A stretch of 54,023 bases of DNA, taken from contig JACQGN010000114.1 in the NCBI GenBank assembly GCA_016199545.1, positions 1-54,023 of the forward strand, given 5' to 3'. This document shows, one piece after another, positions 49,260 to 54,023 of this stretch. A program made the position numbers and the translations under genes. Below the pieces are notes generated by a model that had not been told where the DNA came from, searched no databases, and was given only the letters and a program-made list of their open reading frames with translations. The DNA is from Betaproteobacteria bacterium (lineage in GTDB: Bacteria > Pseudomonadota > Gammaproteobacteria > Burkholderiales > SG8-41). The number at the start of each line of letters is the position of its first letter. Position 1 is the first letter of the stretch.

Positions 49260-50702
49260 TAGCACCCACGTATCCTTGGTTCCGCCGCCCTGGGACGAGT
49301 TGACGACGAGCGAACCCTCGCGCAGCGCAACGCGCGTGAGTCCTCCCGGCACCAGCGTCACCGACCTGCCGCTCAACACGTACGGCCGCAGGTCCACGTG
49401 ACGCGGGGCGATGCCCGAGCCGCAGAATGTCGGGCAGGTGGAAAGCGCCAGCGTCGGCTGAGCAATGAAGGAGGCGGGGTTTGCGACGATACGCTCGCGG
49501 TAGGCGGCGATCTCCTGCAGGGTTGCAGCGGGGCCCACCAGCATGCCGTAACCGCCCGATCCCTGCACCTCCTTGACCACCAGTTCGTGCAAATGTTCGA
49601 GCGTGTACTGGAGGTCGTCCGGAATCCCGAGGCGGTAGGTCGGAACATTGGAGAGGATCGGATTCTCGCCGAGATAAAACCGGATCATCTCCGGCACGTA
49701 GGTGTAGATCGACTTGTCGTCGGCGACGCCGGTGCCGATCGCGTTGGCAAGCGTGACGCTGCCGGTGCGGTAGGCGGAAAAGAGTCCCGGTACGCCCAGC
49801 ACCGAATCGGGCCGGAACGCGACCGGATCCAGAAAGTCGTCATCGATGCGCCGGTAGATCACATCCACGCGCTGCGGGCCGCGGGTCGTGCGCATGTAGA
49901 CGACGTCGTTCGCGACGAAGAGGTCCTGGCCTTCGACCAGTTCCACGCCCATCTGCTGCGCGAGGAAGGCATGCTCGAAATAGGCGCTGTTGTACGGACC
50001 CGGGGTCAGCACCGTGACCGCGGGATTCATGATGCCGGGCGGGGCGACCGCGCGCAGGTTGTCGAGGAGCACGTCGGGGTAGTGATCGACCGGCGCCACC
50101 GCCATGCGCGCGAACAGTTCCGGGACGAGCCGCATCATCATCCTGCGGTTTTCGAGCATGTAGGAGACGCCCGACGGCGTGCGCAGATTGTCTTCGAGCA
50201 CGTAGAACCGGTCGCGATCGGTCTGCACGATGTCGATGCCGGCGATGTGGATGTAGACGTCACCGGGAACGTCGAACCCGCACATTTCGCGGCGGTAGAG
50301 ATTGTTGTTGAGTATCGGTTCCGCCGGCACGCGCCCCGCCTTGATGATCTCTTGTGCGTGATAGACATCCCTGAGGAACGCGTTGAGGGCGCGCACCCGC
50401 TGGCGCGTGCCGTCGCAGATGGTCTTCCACGCGTCCGGGCGCAGGATGCGCGGGATTATGTCGAAGGGGATCGAGCGTTCGACGCCGCCTCCGTCGCCAT
50501 ACACCGCGAAGGTGATGCCAAGGCGGGTATACAAGGTATCCGCCTCGCGTTGCTTCTGCAGCATGTACTCGAGCGGCTTGTCCGTGAGCCATGCCGCATA
50601 GCGCTCGTAGTGGGGCCGCACCGACCCGTCAACGTCGTGCATCTCGTTGTAGATTTGGGACCGGGGAGGAGCGCTCTCAGGCTCAAGAGCCGATTTGTTC
50701 AT
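49251..50702 (-). CDS. Circularly permuted type-2 ATP-grasp protein (DUF404/DUF407)
   Basis: ...RPHYERYAAWL...LGITFAVYGD...ERSIPFDIIPRIL...YVLEDNLRTPSGVSYMLENR... is the typical pattern. It is the first gene of the Anbu operon. Confidence 0.9.
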   Translation of the reverse strand: MNKSALEPESAPPRSQIYNEMHDVDGSVRPHYERYAAWLTDKPLEYMLQKQREADTLYTRLGITFAVYGDGGGVERSIPFDIIPRILRPDAWKTICDGTRQRVRALNAFLRDVYHAQEIIKAGRVPAEPILNNNLYRREMCGFDVPGDVYIHIAGIDIVQTDRDRFYVLEDNLRTPSGVSYMLENRRMMMRLVPELFARMAVAPVDHYPDVLLDNLRAVAPPGIMNPAVTVLTPGPYNSAYFEHAFLAQQMGVELVEGQDLFVANDVVYMRTTRGPQRVDVIYRRIDDDFLDPVAFRPDSVLGVPGLFSAYRTGSVTLANAIGTGVADDKSIYTYVPEMIRFYLGENPILSNVPTYRLGIPDDLQYTLEHLHELVVKEVQGSGGYGMLVGPAATLQEIAAYRERIVANPASFIAQPTLALSTCPTFCGSGIAPRHVDLRPYVLSGRSVTLVPGGLTRVALREGSLVVNSSQGGGTKDTWVLEE

Positions 50703-50899
50703 CGTGCCCTCTGAAGCAACCGCCGTGCCATGGCCGCCTTTCGCGTGCAGCCATGTTCTGCCACCGGCTGCGATTTGTCAAAGTGCGTCAGTGCAGCACG
50801 GTCGGTCGTGCGCCATGGCACGCATTGCATTGCAGCGCACGGGGGCGATGTTGCACAATCGTGGTGCGTGCTCCTTATGAGCGCTTCCAAATATTCAAC

Positions 50900-53107
50900 A
50901 TGTCCGATGCGGCGAAATTTTCGCAATTCCGTCAGGTGAGCGACGACGATACCGCGCTTGCGGCGTGGCTTGCCGCGGTGCGTGCGCGCATGCCGCCGTC
51001 CGAAGCCGAGAAGGTCGCAAAGGCAATCGGGCTGGCCGCGCCCACGTACGCGAATCGCTCACTGGCGAGCGGCGAGCCGGTGCTGGCGCATGTGCTCGCG
51101 GTGGCCGATAGGCTGCTGCAGCTCAAACTCGATCATGAAACCGTCGCTGCTGCCCTCGTGTTTCGCTGCCTTGAACTTGCCCCCGATCTTGCCGCGCAGT
51201 GCCGTGAACGCCTGGGGAGCGCGGTCTCCGGTCTTGCTGAAGGGGTGCTGCGCATGGCGCAAATCGGGGCCCTCGCGAGCGGCCGCCAGGGTGGCCAGCG
51301 CCCGGCCGAGCAGGTGGCGCAGCTTGAAGCGTTGCGCAAGATGCTGCTCGCCATGGTGCAGGATGTGCGCGTGGTGCTCATCAAGCTCGTGGACCAGGCG
51401 CAGGAATTGCGTAGTGTGGTCAGGCTTACGGAGGGACCACTGCGGCAGTCGATCGCGGAACTAGCGCGCGACATCTTTGCGCCGCTCGCCAACCGTCTCG
51501 GCGTATGGCAGCTGAAATGGGAACTCGAAGACCTGTCCTTGCGCATCCTGGAGCCCGACGCCTACAAAAAGGTGGCCGGGCTCCTCGATGAAAAGCGTGC
51601 CGATCGCGAGCGCTACATCGAGGGCGTCATCACCGTACTGCGGCAAGAACTTGGGCGCGCCGGCATTGTCGCCGAAGTGACAGGACGGCCCAAGCACATC
51701 TTCAGTATTTACAAGAAGATGCAAATAAAGAACATTGATTTTGCATTACTTTATGATGTTAGAGCGGTGCGGATACTGGTCGCCAGCATCAAGGATTGCT
51801 ACGCGGCCCTGGGCCTGGTGCACCACCTTTGGTCCCCGATTCCGAAGGAGGTCGACGACTACATCGCACGGCCCAAGAGCAACGGTTACCGCTCGCTGCA
51901 CACGGCAGTCGTCGGGCCTGAGGCAAAGGCCATCGAAGTGCAGATCCGCACGCATGAGATGCACCAGAATTCCGAGCTCGGGGTGGCGGCGCATTGGCGT
52001 TACAAGGAAGGTTCGCGTCCCGAGGGCAGCTACGATCAGAAAATCGCGTGGCTGCGCCAGATTCTCGAATGGAAGGACGAGGTGCGCGATACCAGTGAAC
52101 TCGCCGAGCAGTTCAGAACCGGACTCACCGAGGATACGGTCTACGTGCTGACGCCGCAGGGGCGCGTGATCGATCTGCCCCGGGGCGCGACGCCGATCGA
52201 TTTCGCCTACCACGTGCACAGCGAGCTTGGGCACCGGTGTCGTGGCGCCAAGCTTGACGGCGCGATGGCGCCGCTCAATACGCCGCTTCGCAACGGTCAG
52301 CGGGTGGAGATCCTCGCGGCAAAGCAGGGCGGGCCAAGCCGCGACTGGCTCAATCCCCAGTTGGGGTATCTGAAGAGCCCCGGCGCGCGCACCAAGGTGC
52401 GGCAGTGGTTCAATCGACAGAATTACGTAGCCGAAGTGACACAAGGCCGCGCGCTGCTCGACCGGGAACTGCAGCGGCACGGCAAGACTGCGCTCAATCT
52501 CGACCAGCTTGCCGGCGTGTTCGGTCACGCAAAGACAAGCGATTTCCTCGCTGAAGTGGGCCGGGGCGAGATTGGGCCAAAACAGTTGCACGATGCCTTG
52601 GTCTCCCCGGACGCCACCCCGCCGTCAACGCCGGCCGCGGACACGCTGGTCGCGCGCAAATCGCGTTCGGGGGGGCAGGGTAGCGTATTGGTCGTCGGAG
52701 TCGATAGGCTGCTGACTACACCCGCCAAGTGCTGCAAGCCGGCGCCGCCGGAGCCCATCATAGGATTCGTCACGCGCGGGCGCGGCGTGAGCGTACACCG
52801 CGCCGGCTGCGTCAACGTGAAGCGGCTCGATCCCGAGCGCATGGTCACCGCCGAATGGGGCGCAGCTGCGGGTGCGACCTTCGCGGTCGACATCGAGATC
52901 GACGCGATCGACCGCACCGGGCTGCTGCGCGACATATCGGAGGTACTCTCTCGCGAGCGCATCAACGTGACGGCGACGAAGTCGCTGTCCACCGATTTCG
53001 CCGCGCGCATGCGTTTCACGGTCGAGGTGACGGACCTCGATCAGTTGCGACGGGCGCTCGCCCTGATACGCGAAGTGCGCGGCGTGACGCGCGCGCTGCG
53101 CCGCTAA
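50900..53107 (+). CDS. relA: GTP pyrophosphokinase RelA ((p)ppGpp synthetase I)
   Basis: It has the synthetase domain (GRPKHIFSIYKKM...YDVRAVRILV...GYRSLHTAV...EVQIRTHEMH) with TGS and ACT domains. The hydrolase HD motif is replaced (ALVFRCLE), which fits RelA rather than SpoT. The start is ATG 50900. Confidence 0.92.
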   Translation: MSDAAKFSQFRQVSDDDTALAAWLAAVRARMPPSEAEKVAKAIGLAAPTYANRSLASGEPVLAHVLAVADRLLQLKLDHETVAAALVFRCLELAPDLAAQCRERLGSAVSGLAEGVLRMAQIGALASGRQGGQRPAEQVAQLEALRKMLLAMVQDVRVVLIKLVDQAQELRSVVRLTEGPLRQSIAELARDIFAPLANRLGVWQLKWELEDLSLRILEPDAYKKVAGLLDEKRADRERYIEGVITVLRQELGRAGIVAEVTGRPKHIFSIYKKMQIKNIDFALLYDVRAVRILVASIKDCYAALGLVHHLWSPIPKEVDDYIARPKSNGYRSLHTAVVGPEAKAIEVQIRTHEMHQNSELGVAAHWRYKEGSRPEGSYDQKIAWLRQILEWKDEVRDTSELAEQFRTGLTEDTVYVLTPQGRVIDLPRGATPIDFAYHVHSELGHRCRGAKLDGAMAPLNTPLRNGQRVEILAAKQGGPSRDWLNPQLGYLKSPGARTKVRQWFNRQNYVAEVTQGRALLDRELQRHGKTALNLDQLAGVFGHAKTSDFLAEVGRGEIGPKQLHDALVSPDATPPSTPAADTLVARKSRSGGQGSVLVVGVDRLLTTPAKCCKPAPPEPIIGFVTRGRGVSVHRAGCVNVKRLDPERMVTAEWGAAAGATFAVDIEIDAIDRTGLLRDISEVLSRERINVTATKSLSTDFAARMRFTVEVTDLDQLRRALALIREVRGVTRALRR

Positions 53108-53110
53108 AGG

Positions 53111-53152
53111 GAGTGCAGAGTGCAGAATGCAGAGTGCAGAGTGCAGAGTGCA
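53111..53152. repeat. Heptamer array (GAGTGCA)x6 with one GAATGCA variant
   Basis: Six tandem 7-nt units start 4 nt after the relA stop, between convergent genes. Confidence 0.85.
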
Positions 53153-53166
53153 AAGACCGTTGCTGG

Positions 53167-54000
53167 TCAGTCGGTAAACTTGAGCGCGAGCCCTGTCACG
53201 CCTGAAAGCCCGGCGTAGGTCGAGGACCAGGTCTCACCCGCCTTGATCGGCATGGCGGTGGTGAGCGTGCCTGTCGTGATGATCTCGCCTGGTGCGAGTG
53301 CCTCGAACTGCGGCTGTCGCGCGAGGATATCGGCGAGAAAGGTCAGAGCGAGCGCGGGGTGATTGAGGGCGTTGGCGCCCACCCCACGGGTGAGCACCAG
53401 TTGCTCCCGGCTCAGCGCGACCTTGCAATCGCGCAACTGCGCGGCGAGCGCCGTGATGTCGTCCTGGCGCACCGCGACCGGTGTTCCCACGACGAGCCGC
53501 CAGTGAAAGGAAAAGTCTGCGGCGGAGTCGACGGGCTTGAACTTCCAGTGCGGGAAATGGCAGCACACGATCTCGAAGCTGGGCGCGTACCACTCGATCG
53601 CCTGAAGCACTTCTTCCGGCTCGCGGCAGCCCGGCGCGACGGGCGCCTTCAAGCGGAAAGCGATTTCCGGTTCAAGTCGCGGCTGGGCACTGCCCCGCAA
53701 TGACAGCGTCGCCGCAGCGTCGCGCGCATAAGTCAGGGTGCGGTCGTAAACGTGCGCCCAGATCGGTGAGGTGGCGCCATACTCGGCCCAGATGTTGCGG
53801 TTGGTAAAACCGATTTTGCGGCCCACTGGTGTTTCGCCCCGGGCCCGGCGCAGCGCCACAATCTCGGCGGCCACCGAGTACGCTGCGTCCCAGTCGAATG
53901 CCGGATCGTATTCGGCGACCGACGGTAGCAACTGACCTTCATCCAATGCCGCGAGCAGCTCGCGCGCCACGATACCTGTATCCAAGGATGCACCTGTCAC
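53167..54000 (-). CDS. 2-keto-4-pentenoate hydratase / FAH-family hydratase-decarboxylase
   Basis: ...VGRKIGFTNRNIW...EPEIAF...GEIITTGTLT... is an MhpD/FAH-fold pattern. Confidence 0.78.
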   Translation of the reverse strand: MTGASLDTGIVARELLAALDEGQLLPSVAEYDPAFDWDAAYSVAAEIVALRRARGETPVGRKIGFTNRNIWAEYGATSPIWAHVYDRTLTYARDAAATLSLRGSAQPRLEPEIAFRLKAPVAPGCREPEEVLQAIEWYAPSFEIVCCHFPHWKFKPVDSAADFSFHWRLVVGTPVAVRQDDITALAAQLRDCKVALSREQLVLTRGVGANALNHPALALTFLADILARQPQFEALAPGEIITTGTLTTAMPIKAGETWSSTYAGLSGVTGLALKFTD

Positions 54001-54023
54001 ATATACACAACTGACACTCCCGA

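Overview
This is a 54-kb window from a high-GC (roughly 65%, judged by eye) proteobacterial chromosome. Gene content and order (recJ-prfB-lysS, lolC-lolD, bamD / rluD-pgeF, phaC-phaB-phaR, rimO, relA) look beta- or gammaproteobacterial. I can support about 50 CDS. I saw no rRNA, tRNA or CRISPR array. Most of the window is core housekeeping plus acyl-CoA and PHA metabolism, interrupted by two lower-GC accessory patches. (1) At 5.8-7.4 kb, a DUF4160/DUF2442 pair is followed by a roughly 40% GC two-gene cassette: a small 3-TM protein plus a 205-aa protein of unknown family. (2) At 39.8-44.0 kb, a 4.1-kb insertion is bracketed by 52-bp direct repeats that duplicate the 3-prime end of comEC. It carries a minus-strand operon with an intact GAF-GGDEF cyclase, a degenerate GGDEF that keeps an RxxD I-site, a degenerate EAL and unknown small proteins. 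No recombinase is visible inside it. Next to it lies a complete Anbu operon: circularly permuted ATP-grasp, alpha-E, proteasome-type protease and a giant transglutaminase/DUF2126 protein. Several short-repeat families are present. Heptanucleotide arrays (consensus about ARTGMNG) occur at four loci; one copy sits in frame inside recJ, one spans the lolC stop and lolD start, and one covers the alpha-E translation start. Nested-palindrome GTCATTGCGAG elements lie in inverted orientation on both sides of a DUF35/thiolase gene pair. A hairpin plus TAATGCAAGACC element with compensatory stem changes occurs at two loci. prfB shows the classical +1 programmed frameshift. All family calls come from reading the translated ORFs; no database search was run.
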